The translations under genes were made by a program, and so were the position numbers. Positions 31,431-49,393 of a DNA stretch of 64,000 nucleotides are shown one piece after another. How positions within the stretch are numbered: the first letter of the stretch is position 1; each line of letters opens with the position of its first letter. The notes under the pieces were generated by a model. That model saw nothing but the letters and a program-made list of their open reading frames with translations. It was not told where the DNA came from and searched no databases. This DNA comes from the human T2T-CHM13v2.0 reference genome, Homo sapiens: assembly GCF_009914755.1 (NCBI RefSeq), contig NC_060931.1; one strand, 5' to 3'.

Positions 31431-34046
31431 TTCTAGTTTGCTAAGAGTTTTTATCAAGAATAGGTGTTGAATTTTGTCAAATGCTTTTCTATGTCTATTA
31501 CGGGATCATATAATTTTCTCCTTTAATCTGTTAATGTGATGAATTGTATAAATTGATGTTTTGAATATGAAACTAATTTGCATTCTTAAATGGGCCCCAA
31601 TTGGTTATGGTAGATTATATTTGTGTGTATTACTGGGTTTGATTTGCCTATGTTTTGTTAAGCATTTGTAAAATATAGGTTCAGAAAGCATATTGGACTG
31701 TAGTTTTCTTTTCTGGTTTTAGTACCAGGGTTTTACTGGTCTTATAAGATGTGTTAGGAAAAGTTTCCAAACTCTTTTTTTTTTCTAAGTTGGTGTAAAA
31801 GTGGTATTATTTCTTCCTTAAATCTTTGGTAGAATTCATCAGTGAAGCCATCTGGCCTTGTGGTTTTCTTGGAAAGTTTAATTAAGAATTAAAGTTATTT
31901 AATAGATACAGGATTATTCAGATTTTCTATATATACACACGTTCAAGGAATTTCATCTAAATTAACAAATTTATTGGCATAAAGCTCTTCATAATATCCT
32001 CGTATTATCTTTTTAGTATCTATAGAATCTGTAGTGATTTGCTTTCTTTATTGGTCAAGCCCTGCTGATCAATTTTATTGATTTTTGTGTTTAAGTTTTG
32101 AGTCTCACTTTTTTCTATTTGATTTGTGTTTAGTTTGCTCTTATTTTTCTGGGCTCTTAAGGTGGAAGATTAGATCATAATTTAAACTTTTTTTTTTCTT
32201 TTCTAACATAACCACTTAAAGCTATGCATTTCCCTTCAAGCACTAAATGCCTTACCTGCATCCCTTGTATTTTGCCTTGTCATATTTTTATTTACTTTAG
32301 GTCAAAACATTTTCTAAATTACCATGTGATTTCTTCTTTGTCCCATGGATTATTTAGAAATGTAGAGCTCAGTATCGAAATACTTGGTTATTTTTTTCCA
32401 AGCACCTTTTTATTATAGATTTTTTAATTTAATAGAATTGCAATAAGAGAAAATACTCTGTGTCATTTCATTTTCTTTAAATAAAATTTATTGGGACTTG
32501 TTTTATGATCTATCATAATGTCTGTCTTGGTGAATGTTTCATGTATTCTTGAAAAGGATATGTATTCTTCAATTATTGGGTAAAGTGTTAAAAATGCCAA
32601 CTTAGTTAAATTGGTTGATAGTGTTAAGTCTTCTATATCCATATGATTCTGTTTACTTTTTTTTTCTTTCAATTACTGAGGGAGGATTGTTGAAATCCTT
32701 AACTATAACTTTGAATTTGTCTATTTCTCCTTTCAGGTCTGTCACTTTTTACTTCATGTATTTTAAAACTCTGTTATTAGGTGAATAAACATTTAGGAGC
32801 ATTGTGTCTTTTTGATGAATCATCCCATTTATAATTAGGAAATAGTTTCCTTTCTCTCAGATACTTATTGTCCTGAAGTTACATTGTCTGATATTAATAT
32901 TTCCTTCACAGTTCTCTTGTGATTAATGTTTGTAAGGTGTATCTTCTTCCATACTTTAAATTTAAAGTGCCCCTCTTCTAAACAGCATGCAGTTAAGTCT
33001 TGCATTAAAAAAAAAAAATCCAGTCTGGCAATCTTTGCCTTTTAGGCACAACATTTAGTCTATTTGCATTTAATGTAATTATTGATATGAGATGGGTTAC
33101 TTTTGTAATCTTGTTTTTCTGTTTGTCCTATTAGTTAATTATAAAGGAGAACTTATTCCCTTTCTCAACAAATCCCTTGTATGCCCAGGCCATAGCATTC
33201 TGAAAAATGACATGATGGGAGAATATTTGAACATGAAATAAAGAGAGAACACTAATTTCCTTACCCGATTTTATTATTCAGCTTCTTGGTCACAAATTTC
33301 TCTGACCATGCTTATTTCTCCTTTATGAACAGTATCCAAAAATAATGGTAATGGTTCACCTTGAGTGTTTTATAGTATTATTTGTATAATAAGCCCCTTC
33401 AGGTTGCTCAACCATCAAAGTCTTAGGAAATCTGTACCCTGTGGAAAGATTGCAGCTTTCCTTTCACTTTGTAGAAAAATCCTCCCTTATAAATAACCTA
33501 ATCTTATATTTGGAGATGAATCTATACGCATAAACAGTTGATGTATAATTTTCACATCTGCTACCAAGAGCAGATAAATCCTGAGATCAATTTGGTTATG
33601 GGCAAAGAAGAATATAAATTAATTGGAAAAAATTAGCTCAAAACTTTGGTGTCCTATAACAATTTCTTAATAAATTATGAACTTGGGAATGTGTGATTAT
33701 TTATTCTACTTCTCATTGCTCCTCTTCTTTATTTTGCTGCCTCTAGAAGGTTAGTAATGGAGGTGAAAGTCAAGTTGGCTTTTTGGAAGATTTCCAGTAA
33801 ATAAAGTAATGATATTTATAAGAGAAATATGAAAAATTTTCCAGATAAATTAGAACAGAAATAATGTTCTAGATTTTGCAAATTATATTCATCCTTTATA
33901 TGTTTATTTAGTATTAATATACTACAGTTACTTAATGGTTTGTGTGATCGTTAAGTGCAACATTATGTATTATAAAATTCATAAGAAGGAAGGGCAGGTA
34001 AAACTTTGCCCTGTATTGAAGAAATCTGACAAATGCACTAAGTTAA

Positions 34047-34607
<561 letters not shown>

Positions 34608-35077
34608 TGATTGTTCGACTGGATCTTGGACTAGGTAATAATAACTGTTGATATGACGCTTTAAACCAAATGAAGTCGGTACTATTATTCCCCTTTCACT
34701 GAAAGAAAAATGATGACTCTGTGACATGTGAAAATGACTTACTCGAATCATAGAGCTGGTAAACAGTTTAGACAAAATTAAGAGTTGTGGCCATCAGAAT
34801 CAAGATATCACCACTGTGGTGGTGTGGGCAGGAGAGATGGTTATTAAAAACACAAGATGAAGGGAATAGATCTCTAGTAAGATCAAGAAGTTGAAGGAAC
34901 CAGGTATCTTCTTTTTATTACCTTGAAATAAAATATATGTTTACAGACAGATTTTTATTGTGAATAATTATTGCTAAATTTTATTGAATACTTACCTTGT
35001 ACCTGGCCCTATTATAAGAATTTTAACTATATTAACACATTTAACCCTCAAAAACCTTAAGAGGAAGGTATTATCAC

Positions 35078-35324
35078 AGGTTAAGTATCCCTTTTCCAAA
35101 ATGCTTGGGACCGGAAGTTTTGCACATTTTGATTTATTTTTTGGCAGGGGGAGGATTTCAGAATATTTACATTATACTTAGTGTTTTAGCATCCCTAATT
35201 CAAAAATTAGAAATCTGAAATGCTCCAGTGAGCATTTCTTTTGAGTGTCCTATTGGTGCTCAAAAAGTTTTTCATTCTGGAGCATTTGGGATTTTGGATT
35301 TTCAGATGAGAGATACTTAACCTA
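35078..35324. mobile_element. Tigger4 (Zombi/MER46)-type element
   Basis: TIRs caggttaagtatc ... gatacttaaccta; internal aaatgctccagtgagcattt. Confidence 0.85.
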
Positions 35325-37042
35325 TAATATCCTCATTTTACTGATAAGGACATTGAGCATAAGAGGATCAAGAAACTTTCCCAAAGCCACATAGGGTGAC
35401 TCTGTGGTAGAGCTGGGATTCTGACCTAGGAAGCCTGGTCTCAGAGAGGTGCTTATAACCGCATATACGCCATATATTGCCTCTCAGACCCATGTGTTCC
35501 ATGAATTACTACTGTGACCTTTATAAGTGTTGTGAATGTTTATATATATATACTCATATATAAACATATGTGTGTGTATATATATATATATGAATAGGTA
35601 AAGACATACGTATCTTGAGGCCCAGTTAGATAAAATAATTACCATCAGGATTTAATGTGAAACAGTATTTTTTTGAATTATGGACTGAAAGAATAGGACA
35701 ATATTCTTTTGACATGTACCCTGAAGTTCCTCATAAACATCTCAGCATCTAATCATTTGCTAAGTAGACAAAACCTTGATTTCTCTTTCTGAGAAAGCCA
35801 TGGACCCATAGAGGTGAAGTACTATAAAACTGTGTGGCTAATATGGCAACTCTTTGACATTAACAAAATGTTGGGATTTGTTGAAAAATTTGCTGTATTA
35901 ACTAGTCTCTCACAAGTAGCAAAGCAGCTCCTGTTGCCCTAAAAACACCCCCCTCCCTTAAAAAAGAAAAGAAGACTCTCATCATTGGATGCACTTTAGT
36001 GTTATTCTTTGGTTTCCAACCTCAGAATTGTATCTATTATTCCCTATCACCTTGGTGTTATAATAGTTTTTTTTTTTTAAGTTTTTAAGTTTAGGATTGC
36101 AGTTAGCAATGACAAAATCCATGTGGGAGCATTTTTAAAGTTGGTTTTAACTGCAACACTCAAAACAAACATATATGTATTGATTTAAGTTTGATTGTAT
36201 ACCCTTATCGCAAAAATGGACCTTGGGCAAGTGAGCAAAACGTTTTCTGGAAAAGTTTATATTGAACTATGGCATAAAGGAAAAAGCTAGCTTTACAAAC
36301 CTTGTTAATGATTATATTATAGGCTAACTGTAGAGAACAAAGAGAATAGCTGCCTTAGTGGCTTTTCCTTAGTGGCTTTTCCCTGTAACTTTCATTGGTC
36401 ATTATTTCGAAAGAGAAGAAAACTTGTTGGTGAGCAGAGAAAGCTAGCTGTAATAGATAACTCAAGACTGCCTGGGAGTTCTCAAAGCTATTCTAACAAA
36501 GACCCCATGTCATTTGGGGATCCCCTGAAACGTCCTAGATGAAGGCACATGACTCACTCCCAGTTTGGAGATTAAATAATAAAAGTGCCAATCACTCCAG
36601 TCCCTGTACCCTCTCGGAGATCCTCAGAGGACCTGAAATTAAACCCAAAAGAATGCTCTTCATATGTTACTATTTTCAAGATAGACTGTTAAATGAAAAT
36701 CGCTGGAGGCAGAAAGGAGTGAAATAAACGGAAGTACAAAATAAAGGACATATTCACATTTAGTTTTATGTGCAGAAGTATTTTTGGAAGGAACCAGTAA
36801 CTTGCTATATCCATTGTGGGGGAAGGACTAGGAACTGAGTAGGTGGAGAATAGAGGTGAGAGGAAGACATTCATCTTCTGCCCTTTTATACTTTTTAAAT
36901 TTTCTGAGTCATGTAAATTTATTACCAACTCAGAAACTAAGCAAATTGATGAAAAATTTTTTAAATGCTGAAGGAATAAAAAGGGAAAATTTTGTTTTGT
37001 CAGTTTCTTCCATATTTTTTAGCTTTTCGCAGCCAAGTTTAG

Positions 37043-37192
<150 letters not shown>

Positions 37193-38816
37193 TAGGGTAA
37201 AACTGGTGAGTGCAAAAATATGTTTAGAAAAAACAAGAAGCCCATCAAGTTGTAACCTGGAGAAGGTATTTGTATAATCAAATATATTTGTTAACTAGCA
37301 ACAACCTGCAATTAGGAAATATTCATAGGTGGAAATAACTAGCAGTAACTTTTGAGTTTTCAAAAATACTTTGTGACTCATAGTATCAACTTTTGAGTTT
37401 GCTTGATTAGTAGAGGTACTAATATTTGAATCTCCACTTAATAAAATGACAAGGTTTAAAAAAATGGAAATTCCATTATATATTGAAAAAGTGAGGCACC
37501 AATTATGAGACATTTTAGTTCGCGGGGTACACCTTTATCTTAATAAAAGAAAAGCAGCTTTTCTATTTTGGTCTTACTGTGCAGAAATCATATGGAAATG
37601 CTTACATAGCTAACCATTTAGCTTAGGATGAAGTTTCTTAGGATAAGAACTTGACAAAACTTTCATGTTGTTGAATCAAATTATTTTGACCCATAGTGTT
37701 TATATTCAGTTAATGGGCATATTGCAGGCAGTATGACTACATTCATAGCACAGCAATGAGTTATAATGCTAATTGTTCTATGTAACCAAAGTTTTAAACT
37801 AAAAATGTTTAATGATGCATATTGCTGAATTTTACTTAAGTTCAGGTACAAGTGCATTTTAATTTACTTTGAACTACTTATTTGAGGAAAAAATGATCAT
37901 TTATTTATGTATGATTAAATACATAATTTAGATCTTAATTATTACAGTTGCTAATAATAATAATAACAACACAATCAGGATTGAGTGCTGCTTCCTTGTT
38001 CAAGCTAGGTCTAAGTTTTATCTTTCCACCTATTTGAATCCAGTGAATGTTTCTGTTCCCTAGGATTTTTATAAAATAAGTTATAACAACATATATTTTG
38101 AACATTTTAGATCGTCACAAATTCAGATATCCATAGACATCAGTAGACATATAACGTAAGTGAAATTAACCAGATATAAGACAGTATTAGGTGGGTAAGG
38201 CCTGTGGTGAAATGAATGGTGCATGGCCTGTCTAAGGGGAGCAACTGCCTCTCATTGTTTGCCAGTTATTACCAGGTGAGAATGCTAATTTTAACTGAAG
38301 CCAGAAATTGGATTTTACATGATATTTCCTGATTTTTAAAACACGATTGAGACCAACCAAAGATATATGTGATCCACATCTGCCCTGTATGCCACCTCGT
38401 TGTGACCTTTATCTTAGAGGTTTCTTCTTGCTGAATAAGTCTTGCAGAACTTTTAAATTTGTTTGCTTTTAGCAGTGTTCACATCCACTTTACTGTCTAT
38501 ACCCCTACTTAGATTTGTATGTCTTGCAATTCATAGACAACTTTCATATGTTTTATCATTTTGAATAACAATCCCAATAAAAATAAACTTATGAAATGGA
38601 TGGATTGGGTATTTTTTACTTCATCTCCCAGATGAATAAATTGAGGCTTCAATCCTTTAAGAGACTTGTCTCAGGCAACACAGCAGATAAAGAACTTGAT
38701 CTCAGCTCTGACTCTGACATTGTTTTACAGACAACACATTTTTACAGAAAAGATTTTTTTTTTTTTTACATTTTTAGGGATCTTTCAATTGCACCATGTT
38801 TTCTCTGATGAGATGA

Positions 38817-38993
<177 letters not shown>

Positions 38994-39748
38994 TAATAGA
39001 ATGGATAATATGATTCTTATAGTTTTACTGCTCTATGTTGCACTTCAGCCAAGGTGTCTAGTAAGTTCCGGGTGACCTTGCAATAGACTTTATTGACTTT
39101 GATGTCTGGCTGGGAAGAGGAACTGGTCGAAGTTATCCATAGATATGCTTGAAATTCCATCCTATGTTTTTCACACTGTAAAAACAAAGGTTGTGTCATA
39201 CCCCTAACAAAGGTATTCACAGTGACTTATAACGATGGAGAAACAGTACAATAGTTGTGCCTTTAAGAGTGCCTGGTGCTGTGGCAGTGATGGAACTAAA
39301 TAATTCCACTATACCTCCATACTTCCCAAATCTTCCCTTGATGAGGCTGCGCTAGTACCTTCTTCACAAGTCTAATCAGAGCCAGTCAGCTTGTATAGAA
39401 ATTATTTCTTTGGAGAGTCTTCATTGCTCCATTTTTGGCTAGGGGAACTCAAGCATGCATGAATTCTTTTTCCAGGATACCAGAAAACAGATTCAGGTGG
39501 AACCTTGAATAGGGTGCAGGTATTTGTCAAAAAGGGATCTTTTGTTTCCAAAAAGTGCTCTGTTCTTTGGGTATTGGTCAACAATTTCATTCTCTGTTAC
39601 TCAAGGGAAATGCATGTAAATTAGAAAGTTATCTCCCTTTAACTAAAACTCAAAGAAGTTTCCATGAAAGGAGTTTTGTAGTCCTGTTCATAAACTATTT
39701 GATTTTACCACATGTACAGCTGATGTGTTCATTTTATTAATATACTAG

Positions 39749-39949
<201 letters not shown>

Positions 39950-40454
39950 TGATTCCATGTTAAATGCTTTATTGTGACTGAAATGTATCCTTTCTGCTAC
40001 ATAACACAATTAGGATTTGACATGGCAGATGGCAGATAGATTTGGAAAAAGTTTTCAAGTATAGATTGCTTAAAATTGCCATGAAAATGTAAAAGTTTTA
40101 ATTTTGAGTTATTTTATTATTTAATGTTTAATTTTTCAAGATATTTAAATAGAGCATTTACTGAGTAAAAATACTGCTAATACTCATATATAGTATTCTT
40201 AACTACAGATAAATTATATTCTTTAAAGTTACTGTCTTTTAAATGTTAATGTTTTCTCTGTTTTTGGTTCTAAGATGAGAGCTTAGTATTTCTGGAATTT
40301 ATTTTTAATTTTTTCTCACTCTTATGTTCTTTTTTTGATAGCATGCATATTTGACGTAATAGCAAATTATATATAGTAGAATTTTAAAAATCTATCATCT
40401 AAAGTCAGAGCTGTTGAAGAAAGTTATAAAAGGAAGAAAAGATGTATTTTGGGG

Positions 40455-41100
40455 TAACTTTATATATAATTCCAAATTTAGAGAAAAGTTGCAAGAATAC
40501 TACAAGGAAATTGCATATGCCCTCTATTCAGATTCATCAATTATTCACATTTTCCCCATTTGTTTCATAATTTTCTTCCATTCTCCCTCCCTTCCTTCCA
40601 TTCATCCATCCTTCAGTTTTTTTTTTGTTTTTTTTTGTTTTTTTTCCTGAACCTCTTGAAAGTAAGTTGAAGACACTTACTGGGGATTTATTATTAAATA
40701 GTATATATTCTCTAAGAGTAAAAAGACATTCTCTTATATAACCACAGTAAATTATTAAAACCAGAAAATTTAACACAAACATAATACTTTTATGTAACCC
40801 ATGGTCTATATTCAAATTTCACCAATTACCTCAATAATGTCTTTTAAAGCTAATTTTCCCCATCCAAATCCAATCCAGGATCACACATTGCATTTAATCA
40901 TCATGTCTCTTTAGTCTCCTTTAATCTGAAAGATTTCCTCAGCTTTCCTTTGTCTATTTTGAGTTTAATACTTTTGAAGAGTATAGGCCAATTATTTTAT
41001 TGACTGTTCCTCATTATGGGAATGCCTGATGTTAAGATATGTATTTTTGGCAGAAATACCAGAGAAGTGATTTTGTGTCTGTCTCAGAGTACATCATATC
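40455..41100 (-). mobile_element. L1MC4/5-type fragment
   Basis: agaaaagttgcaagaatactaca...aatccaggatcacacattgcattta. Confidence 0.75.
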
Positions 41101-41320
41101 AACCAATTATTTTTTAATAGATATACTTCAATTTAAGATATTTATTAATCTTGCAAGAAAACATCCCTCATAAACCTTTTTCTTTGGTTACATGTATAAA
41201 CAATTTTCACATTCTTCCCTTGCAATGTGAATATATTGTATAGAAATCTTATGTATAGAGAAAATAAATGTAGTAAACTAATAATGAGGGGTGCTATGAT
41301 GTTTGAACTGTGAACAGTAA

Positions 41321-41500
<180 letters not shown>

Positions 41501-41553
41501 TAATTTCTCAGTATTCACATACTCCAGATGTTAGATTGCTATATTACAAATCA

Positions 41554-41888
<335 letters not shown>

Positions 41889-42713
41889 TAAAAATATAAA
41901 AAACTAATATGGTTACTGTAAGTGACCAGAGGACAGACTGGGGAAATAATGGCAGATAATATGGGATAATTATTATATATTCATGTTATGCTTGGAATAA
42001 TTTCCAGATTAAGCTACTTACAGATTAAATTGAGAGAATCTTTACCTTTACCTTCATTGAAAATAAGGCCCTATTTATCACTTTGAATGATTTTCCAGGG
42101 AATTGAATAATTCCCTGAAGCATCAGGTTGTCACCTAACAACCCAACTGGATATTTTTTCCTTAGTATTTAACAGATTTGGGGATAAGAAAAATAGAGTA
42201 GGTTTTCCAAAGGGTTTCTTTTACTCCTAAGGCACTAAACCTACTAGAGATGATCAAAAAGAAAATACTTGCATTTTTAAGAGGCTGCAAATTGAAAAAG
42301 ATATCCTCAGTTCTTCTTAAGTTTCTATTGGCCGAAGATCATCACTACCTCCTGTTACTCATTTCATTTGTTTTCTGAAGCTACATTCTATTCCACTTGA
42401 GGGGAATTTCAGGATTACAACTGGATACAAAGATGAACAAGTTCTAAAAAAATTTACAGATTTAATTTTATTTTGTATTATCCAAAAGACGGATTTAATT
42501 ATATACCAATATTGAATTTTTCAAGAATGTCACTGGTGAAATTTGGACTCAGATATACATTTCCAAAACCCAAAAGCTGTGATTATTTCCTGACTTCTAG
42601 TATTCCCTGTAAGACCTAATCAAACATGGATTTTTGTTTCTTACTACTTTTTCCCAAATGCATATTCAGTGCTGGCTACAGTGTGTTCAGCCTCTTCTAA
42701 AGAAATTGCTTAG

Positions 42714-42911
<198 letters not shown>

Positions 42912-43501
42912 TAGTACATGTGTGGTTAGTTGTATTTAAAATAGACTATTTGTGAAATATTTTGGAGAGTAAAATTTTTTGATTTAGTTGCTTGATGAAA
43001 GGAATTTGAACGATAGTAAAAGATAAACATCCAGCGCACAAACTGTTGTTTTCCAAAGTAATACAAAGAAATATTTACATTATAGGTGGAAATTTCTATG
43101 ACTATAATAAACTTTAAAGCCGTGTGATAATAAATTCAAGCTGAATTTAACCTTATAAGGGACAAAATTAGCCCAGTTTGTTCATCATTAATGGTTTAGT
43201 AGAGAATTCTAGGCATATAGGTTTCAGACGTACTGGTTTTTTTATGTTTTATTTAAAACATCTCTGAACATGGCCACAGAGGTAGAGTTTCCCTGTCAGG
43301 ATCAGACCTGATAAAAAGCTTAGTTAATATATGGACCTAGTAAAATATGCTAGGTTTGGTATCTATGAAGAATGTCTTTTCTCAAGTAGGTAAAGTCACT
43401 TTACCCTGAATGGTCAAATACTATGTATTTACCTTAAAAATTTGATTATTTCCATTTTTATTTCAGTAACAAACATCATAAATATTATTTTTATAATCTG
43501 G

Positions 43502-43850
<349 letters not shown>

Positions 43851-44463
43851 TTAGATACTCATTTAATTCTCCAGGTAATTCTACAGGACACCCATTTTTA
43901 GCCCCATTTTACAGATGAAGTGACTAGCTCTTACAAGTATAATGTCTCTAAGATTACACATATATCAAATGGCAAACTCAGGTTTTGAACCCTAGTATTT
44001 CTGATTCTGAAACCCTTCTGCCTAACCAATAATATATTACACTGCCTTCTACCAGAAACCTTGGTGTGTGCAGAGACTTTCAAAAATGGTCAAGAAATTA
44101 TAATAGTTCTCATAAAGGCCTGTGAAACTGAGATCCTGTAATAGTGCCATAAAGTTCTTCATTCTTCCATTGGTATTTGATTGTCTTTCATTTAAGCCAT
44201 TTTAAATAAATGGTTTAAATATGGCCATTTGTTAAAATACAAGGGTTTTTTTGGGGCAAAAATTATATAATCTTGATAGGGTCAAAGTATATTTTTGTTG
44301 CATATTACATAAAAAAACTATTGTAAGATGAATTAGAAAGAAGTTACTACTTTTTAAAAGGCATTTTAAGGAATAAAGTGGAGATAATTATTTTAAAACA
44401 GAAACTACTTTAATGCAACTGTGTTCACTTTATAACAAGGCATGTGTATTAATTTTCTCTTAG

Positions 44464-44515
44464 GTGAATGTAAATGCGAGGACACGTGGTCCGGGTGCAT
44501 AATGGGAGACACTGG
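44464..44515 (+). CDS. ADAM22: ADAM22 exon ~14: (G)ECKCEDTWSGCIMGDT(G), Met-turn
   Basis: ctcttag| acceptor, GG|gtgagc donor; 52 nt, phase 1-2. Confidence 0.95.
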
Positions 44516-44821
44516 GTGAGCCACTTGTATTTGAAAATAACTCAGTCTTACATTCCCTGCTGTGCTGTTGTCTTCTTAGGAATATGACACTCAATAACTT
44601 AGTGCATGGAATCTAGCACTTATAAAATATTTTTGCAAAATAACCTCTTATTTATAAAAACAATTGATGTCAATTAAGTTGGTAGACCTCAAAGATTTTT
44701 TTTTCTTTAGCCTTACATCTAGGCTATAAACGTAAGAAATGAGGGACAACTTTGTTTTTGGTGGCTTACCTGCTAATTCCCTTTCCTTTTATTTCCTTCA
44801 ATTCTAATTAAATGGTTTATA

Positions 44822-44990
44822 AACAGTAGTGTGCTGGTAAGTTAACTCTTGAAAACAAAAATTAGAAAACAGCCTGGATTTGTAGCTTTCTCACATTTCT
44901 GAGGTGTAAATAGTCCCACAATGGCTGACTTCAAGCCATTACTGATGGCTTCATAATGTGGTATTACTGAAAAGGGAGTTGGGAAGAGAA
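44822..44990. mobile_element. hAT-type MER fragment (MER53-like)
   Basis: cagtagtgtgctggtaa...gatttgtagc...gtgtaaatagtcccacaatggctgacttcaagc. Confidence 0.55.
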
Positions 44991-45108
44991 ATGTACAATC
45001 TGCTCTCCCGAGAAAGGTTTTCATTTTTATACTGTCCTCCCTTTCACACGCTCAGTCATCAATGCTTGTCTTTTATTCTTGTAAATAAATTTTACAGTTA
45101 TTCCTTTT

Positions 45109-45387
45109 ATTCCAAGCTTATCATTACTGCCCTAGTTTAAACTTTGACCATCTTTTGCTGTTATTATTTTAATAACATTTCAAATACTGAGTATAAATTC
45201 GGTTCAGTGTTTGGGTGATGGGCGCACCAAAATCTCACAAAACGCCACTAAAGAACTTACTCTTGTAACCAAATACCACCTGTTCCCCCAAAATCTTTGG
45301 AAATAAAAAAATTTGGAATGTTATTAAAATAATAACAGCAAAAGATGGTAAAAGTTTAAACTAGGACAATAATGATAAGCTTGGAAT
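45109..45387. repeat. 77-bp inverted repeat (45109-45185 / 45311-45387) enclosing an L1PB-type 3' end (~45193-45310, + strand)
   Basis: Arms are reverse complements with 4 differences; the loop contains gggtgatgggcgcaccaaaatctcacaa...accacctgttccccc...aataaaaaa. Confidence 0.93.
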
Positions 45388-46356
45388 CATCATCATTAAA
45401 AATGTATGAAGAATAAAACAGTGGATACTTATACACCCATTATCCAGCTTTTAAAAAGTAAAATACTGCATTTGTGGTTAAATCTCCCTTCTGTCCTCCA
45501 TTATTAATTCCCAGCCCCAGCCAAGGTAACCACCATCTAAGTTTGGTTCCTATCATTCTCAAGTCATTCTTTATACTTTTACTGTATAGTATGTATGTGT
45601 GTTGGAGTAAAACATAGCATTTGGTTTGCATGTTTTCAGTTTATGTGAAATACATCATGCTGTATGTATTCTTCTGTGACTTGCTGTTTTTTATCAATAT
45701 GTTTGTGAGATTTATCCATCCTGTTAATATACAATTCTTGTTCATTAAATGCCATTCTCCTGCTGAGAAATTGTGTGAGTCTCTGATGTCTAAAGAATGT
45801 GGTTCATAATCTTAACTTCATTATTTAGATGCCCATAATCTTTCTTCATTTTCATTTGCAATCTCCTTTTCCCCTACTATTCATGATTGGTTTGCTTACC
45901 ATAATAGTACAGGAGTTTCTAGTTTTTTCAATTTGCTAACCATAATACTACATAGATTTTCAGCTTCTTAAATACTTGCTCACCATAATTGTACATTAAT
46001 TACCAACTTCATTTGATTTCCTCAATATATTCTATTTATCTGGAATGCCTTTCCCTTTTTTCTCTATCTAACCAGATTTCTAACCATCTGAGATTTGTTG
46101 TAATTTTAACCCCTGCATTAGAATTTAATCATGTGTACTTATGCTTCCTTTCACAAATTAGTTATAAATTTTTGAGGGATTACTTATTATACTAACACAT
46201 ATTTCAGACCTCACATCATAATCCTTTGTACAAACTTGATTTTCAACAAATATTTCTTGATTGTGTTTGAATTTTGAACTCGCAGGATATGTATAACGAG
46301 GAAAATAAATGATAGAGGAAATATATATGCAAACATCTGTTTAAAATATTTTTCCA

Positions 46357-46650
46357 GCCAGGCATGGTGGCTCATGGCTGTAATCCCATCACTTTGAGAG
46401 GCTGAGGCAGGCAGATCACTTGAGCCCAAGAGTTTGAGACCAACCTGAGCAACATGGTGAAACTACATCTCTACAAAAAATACAAAAATTAACCAGTCGT
46501 GGTGGCACACACCTGTAGTCCCAGCTACTTGGGAGGCTGAGGTGGGAGGATCGCCTGATTCCAGGGAGGTTGAGGCTGCGGTGAGCCATGATTGTGCCAC
46601 TGAATGCCAGCATGAGTGACAGAGTGAGATCCTGTCTCAAATAATAATAA
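46357..46650 (+). mobile_element. AluJ-like
   Basis: TSD aaaatattt(t/c)tcca. Confidence 0.9.
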
Positions 46651-47516
46651 AGTAAAATATTTCTCCAAAAATCTTTGGACTTTTTGTTTAGTAATGACAG
46701 GAAATGATAAAAGTTCTATAGTTGCAGTTTCAACAATTACGAAATTTCATACTAGAGATTCTTGTCTTTTAAATCCTACATAGTATATTTGATTATCCTG
46801 ATTATTAAAATGTTTAATAGATAATCTGCATAGCACTAAGCATAATATACAGTGAAGTCAAATGGCTACCTTCAGATACGTACAGCTGTGTACATTGGAA
46901 TTCTTCTTAAAGAGATGCAAGCAAGAGAAAAGCCGTTTGTATAAAACTATGGGATATGACGCTATAATTTGATTGCACCAAATATCACCAAACAGCAGTA
47001 ATTATGGACATTTGTTCCCATGGGTACGTTCCCTACCATTTCTACTTTCTGAAGTTCTGTACAGCTAAATATTAGAAAGCAGGGTTGAAATGAATACCTT
47101 CAGTCCTATTTAAAGGTATGAAAATTAAAATTTGAAGAATGCACTGAATACAATAGCTATATTATTCTGTGAAACAGAAGTTGTGGGGACAGAGGCAGGA
47201 GAGAGACATGATATCTGCCTTCAGATAATTGAAGGGGCTATGTTAAGGCAGAGGAATAAGACTTTACATAGTTAAGAATACAGAACTGTTCAGAAGTTAG
47301 AGGTCAGATGTGGCAAAATAAAGGTAAGAACAATCCACAAATGTTCAACTGTTCATATATTTTAAAAGCTTCCCTGTTGGGGAGTTTACTGTCACTGCCA
47401 AGGGTTGGAGAACAGACTGAGCTTCCTCCCAGCTCTGCAGTGGGCAGGAGGGTGGGCTTGGCTGTGACCCCTGAGGGTGCTTTTACAGAGAGGCCTCTTT
47501 GTAGGAGGCTTAACTA

Positions 47517-48936
<1,420 letters not shown>

Positions 48937-49042
48937 AATGTGTGTAAGAAACTTTCAAATGAAGAATAAAGTTTGTCTTGTCAGAATTTGTTACTTGAAA
49001 AAAACCTGGTTCCTTTGCCTGGCAAGAACAAACAACTCTTCA

Positions 49043-49393
<351 letters not shown>

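Noticed and set aside
36353-36382. 14-bp tandem duplication ccttagtggctttt x2 (similar 22-bp case at ~50232-50273)
   Set aside because: Ordinary slippage duplications; there are no spacers, so these are not CRISPR-like.
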